A DNA stretch of 64,000 nucleotides from contig CAUYUJ010000001.1 in assembly GCA_963575745.1 (NCBI GenBank), forward strand, positions 744,001-808,000, given 5' to 3'. This DNA comes from Prorocentrum cordatum (Eukaryota). Position numbers and translations under genes: made by a program. Shown here piece after piece: positions 1 through 11,924 of this stretch (the first letter of the stretch is position 1; each line of letters starts with the position of its first letter). The notes below the pieces were generated by a model that was not told the origin of the DNA, did not search any database, and was given only the letters and a program-made list of their open reading frames with translations.

Positions 1-1483
1 GGCAAGCGCAGTATATGCATGGTCTGTGGTAGGATTGCCAGTTTATGAACCCAAATGTTGACGCGTGCTCCATCCAATCCCCCTTGATTTCCACGCACAG
101 AAATCTGGCTGGGAGGTTTCGATCCATATTCTCATATATGCTTCCAGGGGGATACGCAGAGCCGTCGCATTGTCGAGGGGGGCGTACTCCTAGGGCAGCG
201 GCTTCGAGGCACCAGCGGATGAATTCCATAATCCCATGTAGCGTACACCACCCTCTGCACCCGCATTTGCAATTATCCCGTTTCGAAATGCATGCTATTT
301 CGTGGCGTTTCCCAGATGCTAAGTTGTATGCTGTGAAGTTTAGCAGGGTGTCAGTCTTCCCAACCTGCGCGGCGCGAGTGTAGCGGACGCCGTCGCAGTA
401 AAGGGCCATAGGGTAGACCATTCTGTCGTCACCTGGGAGGTGCCTGAACTTGTGTTCCTCAAACGCTTTCTGCCAGTTGCAATCTCTGGCGCGGCGGTGC
501 ATGCTACCTTCGTCGAGAGAGTCGAGGCCGTCGAGTTCGAGTTCGCTGACTGGGTGGCATTTAATGGGCGCGCATCCGCTCGGGGGGGTGGGAATTCAAA
601 CGATGAGCGCGGGGGTTTCCAAATGCTTGTAACACCCCAAGCACCGCCACAATAACAGCGGGGGGAAATGATCCAGGCGCGGGTGCACGATCCATTAGAT
701 GCCGCCCAGCTATGACGAGACTCTCGTGAATGGGAGCGACAAGGACGCCTTTCTCCTCTCTGGGGGTCCAAACATCCCTGGCACAGCGATGCCATATGTG
801 CTCGCGATGCCTGCGCCGCCTAGCCCAATGGGCCCACCAAGACAGTTTTCCGAGCTCGAGCCCTGCCGTTGCAAGAGGTGCAAGCCCCCGCCTCGCGAAA
901 AGGAAAGCCAGCCCAAATGGGTACAGGAGAAGGGGGGGTGGGCGCAAGGAGTGCCCCAGTCAGCCTCGCCTCAGAGTCGGCCAGCAGCTCGCCTCAGAAT
1001 CGCCTCAGAGTGCCCCAGTCAGCCTCAGCCTCGCTGATTTTCGAAGTCCAAAACCATGTTTTCACATTTGGGTTGGGCGGGAAGGAGTGGGGTTGGGTGG
1101 GAGGGGGTGCCAAGATTCGGACGATCCCAGAAGTCCTGCCTCTTAGTTTTGACGCGCATGGGGAGCTTGATGGTCAGCAGCTCCACATTTGACGAAACGG
1201 GCAGGTGCCTGTCAAGATGTTTCTGGAAGCTCCCTGAATCTGCGTCTGGGTGTTTCTTTAGCTTGGCCAGTAGGTCTCCTTTTGCACCTGCCTTTGACGC
1301 AAGGAAACATAGCGTGCACAATCCGCGAGCAGATAGTCGGCCACGGCAATACAACGTCAACAATTCCTGCTCCAGCTGCTTGCCATAATGCTTCTCCTCA
1401 TCTAATCTGTCTGCTCCATCCCTCTCCCACTCCTCGCGCTCCCACTCTCGGCTGCCTGCTGGCTCCCATCGGCGCGCACTCAT
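1..1483 (-). CDS. CMC-superfamily (CACTA/EnSpm/Plavaka-like) DDE transposase, multi-exon, 3' part outside window
   Basis: ATG at 1483. Exon ~1483-1141 reads LLTLYCRGRLSARGLCTLCFLASKAGAKG...SGSFQKHLDRHL. Exon ~778-722 reads DVWTPREEKGVLVAPIHE. Exon ~550-1, translated by hand and open to the window edge, reads MVYPMALYCDGVRY...CKCGCRGWCTL...FLCVEIKGDWMEHASTFGFINWQSYHRPCIYC. The LYxDG, KGDW and downstream CxxC motifs match the CMC transposase core. Confidence 0.7.
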
Positions 1484-1520
1484 GGGCGCGAACGGGCTGC
1501 AATTCCTGCATGTGGGGTGG

Positions 1521-1549
1521 CTCGGACCAAAAACGGTTGGCCGAAATGG
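1521..1549 (-). promoter_or_regulatory. Tandem degenerate spliced-leader relics upstream of transposase
   Basis: Minus strand CCATTTCGGCCAA-CCGTTTTTGGTCCGAG resembles two tandem CCATTTTGGCTCAAG units, ~40 nt upstream of the ATG. Confidence 0.4.
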
Positions 1550-1683
1550 AACCCATGCGCCCGCGCCCCAAATCAGATCGCCCATCGGGCTCGCCTCCCT
1601 CCCGCCCGCCTCCCTCCTCGACGCCTGCCCAGCCCTTGGGGGGCAGGGCGGTGCTTTCGGGCGGCCCCTGTCCCGGCCACGGG

Positions 1684-1824
1684 GATCAGCGGGAAATCAG
1701 CGGGAAATCAGCGGGCCATCAGCGGGAAATCAGCGGCCATTTTTTGTGTACAGTATCAGGGAAAGTGCCCCCGTCAGCGGGGCATCAGCGGGACATCAGC
1801 GGGAAATCAGCGGGAAATCAGCGG
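1684..1824. repeat. 11-bp tandem repeat (ATCAGCGGGAA)n in two clusters
   Basis: Directly visible, about 10 copies, upstream of the transposase. Confidence 0.9.
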
Positions 1825-2287
1825 GGCGTCTGGGGGGCCTCTGGGGGGGGTCTGGGGGGCGTCTGGGGGGGGTTCGGGGGGGCGCAGGGGCCTCGGGGGG
1901 GGGGGGGGCGAGGGTCAAAGGGACCTCCGCGAAGGGGATTGAGGGTCGGCAGGGGGTCGCGGGAGGTCGGCTGCGGGTCAGCGGGAGCAATTCGGCGCCG
2001 AGGCTTGCACCGACGACCCCGCATGGGGCCCCGCGCACATCCTTCACTTGTCGTTGTTATTCCACCTCCTCCTCCTCCTCCTCCGAGCCCACTTGTCATT
2101 CTATTTCTCACCCTCCCCTCCCACCTCCTCTCCCCTCCCCTCGCCTTCCCTCCTGTCAGCCACTTCGTTCTCATCCCACCCCTCCTCCTTGTCGCCCATT
2201 GTGCGTTCCTTACGCTTCTCAGTGGCATGGCCATTACAGATAGTGTAAGCTGAGCTCTCGCTGCATGGGTTCCTTCAGATCAACTAT

Positions 2288-2489
2288 CCCGCCCGTCGGG
2301 CCTAAAAATGAATTGCAGCTGAACCCCTCAGCTTCAAACGGGCGCCAACCCCCGTTCGAATAGGAGCATCACGTAGCTACTGCGAACCTAATCGCAAGTT
2401 GCCCAGAACTGTGAAGCTCTCATCCTATCGGCGCCTAGCTGGGTCCGACAGCGTGTAACCCCAGGAAAAGAGAAAAGCTGGTTCACACG
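2288..2489 (-). ncRNA. Candidate structured RNA (ncRNA or structured 3' UTR element)
   Basis: Series of adjacent stems whose irregular pairs are G-U on the minus strand, plus an AUUUUUAG tract before a terminal hairpin. Confidence 0.45.
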
Positions 2490-2724
2490 TCGTGGGGCGA
2501 CACGTGGGAGAAGCACTGAAACGGAAAGAAACAGAGACAGATAGGCGCGCATACAAGTATAATGGGACGACGCCCCCATCGACATGTTGTCATATCCAGC
2601 CGATCGGCCGTGCACAGATCTGACAGGGCCCCACCCGCATCGCCTGTGTTATATCATATCCCATACTGACCCCTTATGAGACCTCCCTCCCCCGAAAGCC
2701 TCTCCAAGGCTGCCCTCCGAGCCC

Positions 2725-5700
2725 CTAGTCCCAAAGCAACAGGGCGTTGTCCCTCATCTGGCGGAGAATAGCACACTTCTCCAACAAATCTTCAAGGGCG
2801 GCCCTGTGCTTGCTGACAATAGCAGAAAAGATGCCAGTGCACTCATCCTCAGTCCAGTTCTGCTTTGCATCGGTGATGCCGAAGGTCAGCAGTCGCATGA
2901 AATTGGAATCACACTTGGCGGCGGCCTCCACCTTCCCCAGGAGCTCGGAGATGGGCTTGCAGTACTTTGTATCCACCCTCGCCCACTCCTCGGTCTTCTC
3001 ATTGATGCCGTCGACGATGTTCCTACGGGCGCGGGCGCAGGGCGGACCGTCGACCAGGGCAAGGGCAGGGGCGGGGGCATGGGCGGATGGAGCTCAGACC
3101 AGGAGGAGGCGACAGAGGAAGCGGGAGGATGAGGGAGGAGAACGATGAGGACGGAGGAAGGGCAGGGGTGGAGGAACGGAGGAGGAGGAGGAGGAGGAGG
3201 AGGAGGAGGAGGAGGAGGAGGAGGGGGAGAGGGGGGGGAGGAGGAGTCCTCGCTTGCATGCACGTGGTGTTGTATAGGCTCGCCACCTCAGCAGCCTGGG
3301 TCGTCCAGCTCTTGGGCTTGGCGCTGCTCGCCTTGCCGCCGCGGCTGGCGGCCACCTTGCCCGCCCTACCACCCTGCTGCTTGCCAGCGGGCGTCTTGCC
3401 AGCTTTGCCAGTCGTCTGGCCCGCCGACGGCCCCGCTGGCGGCCTCGACGTGCCAGGCTGGGCAGCTGGCGGCGCCGCTGGCTGCGCCGCGCCCTCAGGC
3501 TGGCCCGGCGACGCCCGTGGCGTCTTGTCGCCAACCTGGCACGGCGGCGCGGCGCCCTTGGCGCAGCCGTCCTGACTGCCCTGGCTGATTGCTGCTTTGT
3601 CAGGCGAAACCTCTGCAGGCTGGCTCTCCCTGGCGTGCGGCGTCTGGAACGGCTGCGGCGAGGTCGCGCTCGAAGGCGCCTCCGCGGCTGGCGGCAGGCG
3701 CGCGGCCGCGGCCCCAGCCTGCGCCGCCACTTGCTGGTGTGTCCCCGCGGGTGCGGCCGCCGCCTGCTGCGCTGCCCCTGCGGCCGCGGATGGCACGCAC
3801 GGAGCCTCTGCCCAAACGGGCCGCGCAGGCTCTCCCGCGGGCTCGATGGCAGGCGCGGCCGCAGGCGGGGCCAGCCTCGCCCTCTCCTCCTGCGTGATGC
3901 GCCACTCGTCGGTGTGCGTCTGCTCGTAGCTCTGCTGGATGTAGCGGAAGGTCATGCGCTTGGAATACTCGTCGATCTCGCACCAGCCTGCCCCGCGCTC
4001 CAAACAGGCGCGGATGATGTTGCGCGTGCCCCACACTGCTTGTGGGCTGTGCCTGCCGCCCTCCGCCTTCAGGATGGCGTCGTAGTTCAGCATCCTGCCC
4101 ACCTTCCGAGTGGTCTCAGACGTGGTCTGGATGTGATGCCGTTTCTTCTGGTAGTCACCCCACTCGCCCTCGGCGTACGATTGCCGAAATTTCCTCTTCT
4201 TCGGGTTGCTCAGCTGCGAATAGTTATACTGGTCTTCCTCAGACAAGTGGGCGAGATAGCGAGTGAACCTCCATCCCATCGGTGAACGGACATTGAAATC
4301 GAATCCACTTTTCGCAATTGCCTCCAGCACCTCATCTCTGACAAATCCTTCGGCATCCTCCTGCCGCTGGTCCTCGCGCCTCACGACGGGCGGCGTCTTG
4401 CCGTCATGCTTGGACTTGAAGATGGACAGCAAGGCCTGCGGGTAGACAACAGGAGCAAGCAAGCATGGATGAGAGGACTCAGACAGCCTGGAAGGTTAGA
4501 GGAGAGATCGAGAGATGAGGAACGGATTGGAGGAACCGATTGGGAGAAAGGAATGGAATCAGTCAGCGATCGAGGGGGAGCGAGGGCAGGATGGGAGTGG
4601 GGGGGAGAGAGAGAGAGAGAGAGTGAGTGAGTGAGTGAGCGAGTGAGCGAGAGAGAGAGAGAGAGAAAGAGAAAGAGAAAACATGAGAAAGAGAGACAGA
4701 GAGAGAGAGAGCGAGATCAAGAGCGAGATCAAGAGCAATAGCAAAAGCAAGCGAGCCATGGGCACGGTAGTGCCCAAACTTTGACACGGCCCGCCGCGCC
4801 TGCTCGTACGTTGCGACGTTCTCACCCGTCAGCGCCGCGTCGATCTCTGCGTCTGTCATCGGCTCGTCACTCTGTGGCAGATGCTGGTCGGCTCCGAGGG
4901 CCTCGCTCGCGCCTGGTGGCTCTGGCTGCTGTGGCTGCTGCTGGGCTCCGAGCGGTGCCTCGCTCTCGGTCTGTGGCGGCTGTGGCTGCTGGGCGGTTCC
5001 GAGCGGCGCCTCGCTCGTGGTAGGCGGCTGCGGCTGCTGCTGGGCTCCGAGCCTCGCCTCGCTCGCGGTCTGCGGCGGCTGTGGCTGCTGGGCGGCTCCG
5101 AGCGGCGCCTCGCTCACGGTAGGCGGCTGCGGCTGCTGCTGGGCTCCGATCGTCGCCTCGCTCACGGTCTGTTGCGATTGCGGTTGCTGGGTGGCTCCGA
5201 GCGGCGCATCGCTCGGGGTAGGCGGCTGCGGCTGCTGCTGGGCTCCGAGCGGCGCCTCGCTCGGGGAAGGTGGCCGCGACTGCTGCTGGGCTCCGAGCGG
5301 CGCCTCGCTCGGGGTAGGTGGCTGCGGCGGCTGCTGGGCGGCTCCGAGCTGTGCCTCGCTCGGTGTAGGTGGCTGCTGTTGCTGCGCTGGCTGCTGGGCG
5401 GCTCCGCCGATGGGCGACTCGGGCGGTGGCCCGGCGGCGGCGGGCGCTGCTGGCCCAGCAAGCGGTTGGGAGGCGGGGAGCTCGTCCTCGAGCCACGTCC
5501 CACCGCGCCTTTTCGTACCCCGAGGCGCAGGCTCAGCTGTGTCGACCTCCATCTCAGTGTCGCCCCGATCGGCGAGCTCGAGGTCCGCGGGGCCATCGGA
5601 CTCCACGAGGTCGACGACCTCCGCCTCCACGAGAACAAAAAACACGCTATTCACGACAGAGGGCTGGAGACAGGAGGAGGAGGAGGAGGAGGAGGACGAC

Positions 5701-6577
5701 GACGACGAGGAGGACGAGGAGGAGGAGGAGGAGGAGGAGGAGGAGAAAGGGGATCGGCATCCCGCCTTCTCGTGGATTTTGGCGCGCGGGCACCCCCGAG
5801 GAGGAGGAGGGGGAGGAGGAGGAGGAGGAGGAGGAGGAGGAATCGCAACAGCAGCCAGAGCAAGAGGAATTCGGAGGCGCGGCCTGCGCCGCGGGGGCAG
5901 GGTCCCGAGGGGGCCCCAGCATCAACCTGGACATGCCCTCGGGGTCTTGCGATGAAGGGCAAGGGGGGGGGGGGGGGCATCAGCGTCAGCATAGCATAGC
6001 CGACAGAAGAGGCGCAGCTCTAGACCCCTGGCACTCCCTCTCGGGGGGTGTCTCGAAAAACGAAACAGTGGATTAGCGGTTTGCGGCCCAGCCACCGCGG
6101 TGTCGGTCAGGGCATTCGCGAGGATCGGTTGCGAGAGCATGTCCTCGTGCTGCCGATAGTCGTGCATCACCTGCTGCACCTTCGATCGAGGGACGCTGGG
6201 GCGGGGCGACGCCGATCGATTCCGAAACAGGAGAGCTTCCTATGATGTTCCACGGGTCAGTTTTGTTCCCTCACCCCCTCGCCATCTCGAGGTTCAGAAA
6301 AGGCGAGGGCTGCACGCGGTCGTTCAGTGGGAACGCGCCGCTGCTGCGAATGACCACCCGATGGTTGGCCCCGTCGCTGGCCGATCCTGCAGAAACCTCG
6401 GGAAGCTCTCCAATCGGAGGTCCTATGTTCTCTGTGGGGGCTCTCTGTCCTCTCTGGGGTCGGCTGTCATCTATGGGTTGGGGGTCCTCTGTTCTCTATA
6501 GGTTGGCTTTGCTTCGGAGCCCTCGGAGCCATCGGCGGCAGGGTCGAACGTTCGGGCTCGGAGATCGAAGAGCTCAT
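2725..6577 (-). CDS. Multi-exon protein of unknown function with Pro/Gln repeats (putative transposon accessory gene)
   Basis: ATG at 6577 (MSSSISEPERSTLPP). Coding-like blocks at ~6180-6080, ~5630-4765, 4432-3249 and 3022-2725. A GA-AG intron at 3248-3023 joins CMQAR|NIVDGINEKTEEW in frame. Globular-looking segment FDFNVRSPMGWRF...KKRKFRQSYA...EGG...RACLERGAGW. 5' exon boundaries approximate. Confidence 0.65.
4895..5410 (-). repeat. Coding tandem repeat, ~10 x SEAPLGAQQQPQPPT
   Basis: In-frame units of ~51-57 bp within ORF 4563..5654. Confidence 0.9.
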
Positions 6578-6638
6578 GGCTGGCTCGAGGTCACCCCTGG
6601 TCGTTTGAAAGCGATGCCCCTGTCAAATACGCGGCTGG

Positions 6639-6655
6639 CTTGATCCAAGAAGGCT
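6639..6655 (-). promoter_or_regulatory. Degenerate dinoflagellate spliced-leader relic
   Basis: Minus strand AGCCTTCTTGGATCAAG vs SL AGCCATTTTGGCTCAAG (14/17), ~60 nt upstream of the ATG at 6577. Confidence 0.55.
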
Positions 6656-7022
6656 TTCTTTCATTTAATGAAGTTGGCTCGGCTGACGGGGCGAATCCCT
6701 GGCGACCCGAACGAGGCGAACCGAGCTCTCATGCTTAAAGCTCAACGTCTGGAAAGCTCTCGACGAGGCGCGGCTCAGCGTCTGGAACGCTCTCGACGAG
6801 GCGCGGCTGACTCTGGCGACCGTTTCCAGTCTAACATAATGATTTCGGCCGATAGTTGGAGATGCGGAGGGAAGGTGGAAGGAGACATGAGGAGGAGGAG
6901 GAGGAGGAGGAGGAGGAGGAGGAGGCGGGGCGACGAGGCGAGTGAACACGCGGAGGGAATAGGGTGAGCACCGAAGGGCGAAGAAGGCCAGGTATCCTTT
7001 TCAAGTGCCGATCTCAGGTCGG

Positions 7023-7749
7023 TCACATATCGAATTGGAACTCAGGGGCACTGAGGATACCCCCGCTCAGCCTCGCAGCATGCGTCTGCTCGGGCACGGG
7101 GGCAGGGCCCGCGAGCTCTAAATGCGGGGACTTCGTGGTGAGCCTCCGCTTGGAAGGAGGCGTCGTTGGGGCTGGGCAAACCTCTGGGGCCTCCTCGCCT
7201 CCGTTCCCCCCGTGATCAGCAGCAGCTCCAGCGGCAGGAAGATGAGCAGCAGGAGATCCGTGATCGGCAGCCGCTGGACGTTTCATGTGCGTGCTGGGAT
7301 CAGCAGCGTCATCATCATGTGCGGGGCCAGCTGGAGGTCTGTGATCGGCAGCCGCTGGGCGTTTCATGCATGCGCTGGGGCCAGCGTCGTCTGCATCGTC
7401 TTGGGCGGGATCATCGTCAGCTGCATCATCTTGGGCGGGATCATCAGCAGCAGCAGCTGCAGGGCGTTTCATCGCTCCTGGAGGGGGCGCGGGCAGTCCA
7501 AGGAGGGGGATGGACGCGGGCAAGTTGGGCCCTGAGGCCCTAACGTGCTTAGCACTCCCAGTGCGGAGTCGGCGGATCGAACAACAAACGACTCGAGCGT
7601 GGCTCGGCGGCGGTGGCGCTATCAGAAGTCTCTCGGCCGAACCGCCTGGCCATCGAACCTCGTGCCTTCTATCTCTCTCTCATGCACTCTCTCTCTCTCT
7701 CTCTCTCGCTTTCTCTCTCTCTCTCTCTCTCTCTCCCTCTCTCTTTCCG

Positions 7750-7784
<35 letters not shown>

Positions 7785-10564
7785 GCCTCTCTCTCTCTCT
7801 CGTTCTCTATCTCTGTCTACTCAATCCGCCCCTCCTCCTCCTGCCTATCCTGCCCACCTCTCCCCATCAGCACCCCTATCCCTAATCTACGCACCTCTTT
7901 CCTCCCTCCACCCCTTATTCCCGCCCGATCCGTTCCTGCTGGAGCCCCTGGTATCACTGCACCAGGCCGCCTGAGGACCGTATCGAAGGTGGCCTCCTGG
8001 TGATTCTTCTCCGCCTTGGCCCCGTCATGAGTGATCGTTCCGTCGAGGATGCGTTGGGCGACGTCCTTGCACCAGGCCATGGACGCCACCTCCCCCTCTG
8101 CCCATGTGTCGGCGAAGTACTGGCAGGGATCTGAGCGCAACACATATCCTCCTCATGTTGTCCCTCGTTCTCCTCCTCTTCTCCCTCCTACTTCCCTTTC
8201 TCACCCAGCCTCCCTCCTCTTCCCCCATCCCCCTTCTCTCTTAAGAGTCCTACTATTTCCTTATATCGAACATATCATCATCGTTTTCGATAGGGGTCGG
8301 TTTTCGTTGACCCCCGAGCTCCAGCACGTCAATCTGGAAGATCTGCAGGCCATTCTTCTTGACGGAGCACAGGCGGATCTTCCTCTTGAACTTCGGTGCC
8401 TCCCACCTGGGCTCGACGTTGCGCCCTCCTCTTCCACCTCCTCCCCCTCCTCCTCCTCCTCCTCCTCTTCATCATCCGTCCCCTCCTCCTCCTCTTCATC
8501 CTTCTCCTCCTCCTCCTCCTCCTCCCCCTCCTCCTCGGTTGCCCGTTTCGACTCGGGTCGGTCGGTTGTTGCCATGCTGCGTTTTTCTGGGCTCTGGGTC
8601 GGGCGATTGATTGTTTCGCCCAAGTGCCTGAAAGAAACGGAGATCACGTTATCGTCGGCATCGGTGGCGGACCACTTCATCCAATCGGGGAGTTTAGCTT
8701 TCGCTTTGGCTTTGCCTTTTGCTGCATGTTTAGCTGTGGGCTCTGGCGCTGCTCGCTCCTCGGGGGCCGCCGCGGCTGCGGCCTCCTGCTGGCCCTTGGC
8801 CTTCTGCCACGCCATGATGATCGCCTGGGGGCAGCGCGAGCGCAATGGGATGCAGAAGGATAGACGACGAGGCGACCAGGGCCATTCAGGAATTGAGGAA
8901 GACAATGATGGGATGAAGGAGAGGGTAAGGGAGGGTGGGAGGGAGGGGGGGCGCCCCCCGCACATTTTAAGGGGACTGGTCTCCCCAAATTACCCCGCTG
9001 TTCGAGGGGGGCCAGTCGCCCAATGTTCAATGGGATTGGCCCCCTAAAACGGCGGGGCATTTCGGGGGGACCAGTCTCCATCAAATGCACCGCTGTTTTG
9101 ACGACCCTGGGCCCCAAATTAAAAGGATGCGTCGCCTGCGGGACCTCCTTCCTCGTCGAATCCGACCACCACACTGCTTCCATGCAATCGGTCGGCTTGC
9201 TACCCTTCGGGATCACCATCTCATCGCAATATTCAGGGTCGGTCTGTCTGTCGGCGATCTCGATTCGGTACGCCCTCAAGGACTCTTTGTCGTAACTGTA
9301 CGTGTACATGAGGGCCGAGGTGCCTGGCGGCGGGGCGGGGGACCCCTGTTCTCTTCTTCTCGTCGCAGTCCTCTCCTTGCCTTTTTATCGTCCTCCTAGT
9401 CCTCGCCTTGCTGCCGCTAACTCCTCCTGTCCTGGCCAACTCCTCCCCCTGTCCCGGCCAACTCCTCCTCCTCCTCCTCCTCCTCCTCCTCCTCCTCCTC
9501 CTCCTCCTCCTCCTCTTCCTCCTCGCCATCCTCTTCCTCCTCCTCCTCATCCTACCGCGCCCCCGTTCGCTGTCGACTCGCCGCGTCGCCTGTTCTGCTG
9601 TCTGCTGGCTCGTCCTCTTCGCCACCATCATCATCATCATCATCATGCTGATCTCCGCCAGCGCTGTCATCGTCATCATGAGCTGCGGCGGGCCGCTTGG
9701 CAGCGACAGGAAACGTGCCTCTGCCGCTGCCTCTGCCGCTGCCTCTGCCGCTGCTGCTGCCTCTGCCGCTGGCATTCGTGCCAGCGCCGCCAGCCCAGCT
9801 CGCCAGCGCAGGCTGGCGCATCTCCTTCTCATTCTCCTCATCGCCGTCACCCTCCTTGAACAGCTTGAGGTACCACTTCGGCGGTCGACTGACGGCCGCT
9901 CGTTTTCGATTGCAGTTTTTCACGTGGCCCGATCGTCGAGTGTCGATCGTCGATCTCGATCTCCACCTTCGATCTCCCTCAAAATCGTTTTCGGTTTCGT
10001 TGCCGTCGATCGTCGATCTCCCTCCTCCCCCCTCACTCCTTCTCTCCCCCCCCCTTTCTCCTTCCCCTCCTTCCTGAGTCGATCCGCAGATCAGCCCAAA
10101 AAGTCAGGGCTCCTGCGGAGCTTGATGCAGTGCGTCATCAGGCACCGAACCCTCTTGCCGTTCTCTGCCTTCCAGTCCTCCATCTCGTGCTCGGCGAGCG
10201 GAAACCTGGCTGCGCGGGCACGGGGGCGCTCGGGGGCGACGACGACGAGGGGGGGCGAAGGATCGGCGAGAGGGGGAGGAGGAGGAGGAGGAGGAGGAAG
10301 AGGAGGAGGAGGCTCGGGAGGAGGAAGAGGTCGAGGAGCAGGAAAGAAAGAAGGACGAGGAAGAGGAGAGAGGGCGGGGGGCATCGCCTCCTGTCATCCG
10401 CCACTTGCTCGATCGCCCTCTCGAGGGCCGTCGGCTGCAAGCTCAAGGTCGGAGCGATGGCTGCTATCGCTTTCCGCGCCCCCTTTGAAAAGAGCCCTAG
10501 CGAATGCAAGCGAGGTAGCTTCCCCTCTATCCTTCTCTCTCTCTCTCTCACTCTCCCCCTTTTG

Positions 10565-10595
<31 letters not shown>

Positions 10596-10635
10596 GTTTT
10601 ATCGTCTCTGTGGTATTCCTTTACCTCTCTCTCAT

Positions 10636-10666
<31 letters not shown>

Positions 10667-10735
10667 TCCATCCTCCTTCTCCTCATCGTCTCGCCCTCCC
10701 CCTCCTCCTCCTCCCTCGCCTCTCTCGCTCTATCC

Positions 10736-10788
<53 letters not shown>

Positions 10789-10793
10789 CCTCA

Positions 10794-10863
<70 letters not shown>

Positions 10864-11081
10864 TTCTCTCTCCCTCTCTCCGGGGGCGCGGCTCCCGCGA
10901 CAGCGTTTCGGTTGATGAGCGGCACGAGCGTTCTCATCAGCTCGGGCCTGGGTTTGTGCCGTCGAGCGTTGTTCGGGTAATTTATGAAATTGACCTTGCT
11001 GATGATCGGATGCATTGCGTTCCGAATGGCAGCTACGTCTGAAAAACGTGGATGGTCGGTCGCCTTCTGCTGTGGAGGCAT
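7023..11081 (-). CDS. Multi-exon protein of unknown function with MKRPAA repeats (putative transposon accessory gene)
   Basis: ATG at 11081 (MPPQQKATDHPRF). Successive coding-like exons are separated by (GA)n/(GAG)n introns: KAIAAIAPTLSL, FPLAEHEMEDWKAENGKRVRCL, PPKWYLKLF, YTYSYDKESLRAYR...EAVWWSD...EVPQAT, LPDWMKW, EVASMAWCKDVAQRILDG, and a final exon with MKRPAA x3 ending at 7023. Boundaries approximate. Confidence 0.65.
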
Positions 11082-11469
11082 ACACGGAATATGAACTCGC
11101 ACGCCCTGGGCCACAGGGCTGCGCAGCGGCGCGAGAGCACGAGCAGCAGAATGGGGAAAGAAGAAAAGTCGGGAGGGAGGGGGCGAGGGTGAGAAGGCCG
11201 GTGGGAGGATGCCCAGGAAGGGGCGGGCGGGCGGGGGGAGAGGGGGGTACAGTCGGGGCGCTGCTTTTTTCGTTGGGGAGGGGCTCGGTGTTCCTTGCTT
11301 GTTTTTAAAGTTTTCCTAAGGTGTTCCCTCGGTTTTCGTTGGGGAGTCGAAGTTTAACTTCTTGGGGAAAGGGGCCTCGTCCCTTATTTTTAGTTCCTTA
11401 GATCAACGCCCCGACGGTAGAGGGAAAGGGAGGGGGAGAGAGAGACCGTGAGACACGAACGAATCCGCA

Positions 11470-11800
11470 CGTACATGTATGTGTAACAATATTTAACACG
11501 ATATGTACACGTAAACATTCAATTGCGAACATGTGTGTGTTTACTATTATTGGTAGTATTGTCATTAATATTATTCACATATATATACACCTATTTACAT
11601 ATATATATGTGCATACCATAATTACATACAGTTGCATTCATATATTTTTATATATGTATATGCGTATATATACATATATATATATATATATGAAATTTAG
11701 TTATATATATATGTATACGTATAGTAGTGTACGTATGTGTTTTTATATGTATATATATATGTATACATAAATGTTTATATATATATACATATCTGTGTGT
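11470..11800. repeat. AT-rich degenerate (TA)n/(TATG)n microsatellite
   Basis: Directly visible; sharp drop in GC content. Confidence 0.9.
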
Positions 11801-11924
11801 GTTTAACACGAAACAAACACAAACAACAATGCGCACGAAAAAATGAAAAGACGCAGCGGCCCAGCGAAAACACGCAATTATTATCATATACGTCCCGCCC
11901 ACGATCAAGAGTCGCAACGACCCT

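Noticed and set aside
2288..2489. U1/U2/U4/U5 snRNA or hammerhead ribozyme identity
   Set aside because: Diagnostic sequences (ACUUACCUG, GUAGUA, the U5 loop, CUGANGA/GAAA) are absent; kept only as an unassigned structured RNA.
2725..11081. Fanzor/TnpB nuclease among the transposon-linked genes
   Set aside because: No RuvC D-E-D motifs or CxxC zinc finger recognisable in either protein.
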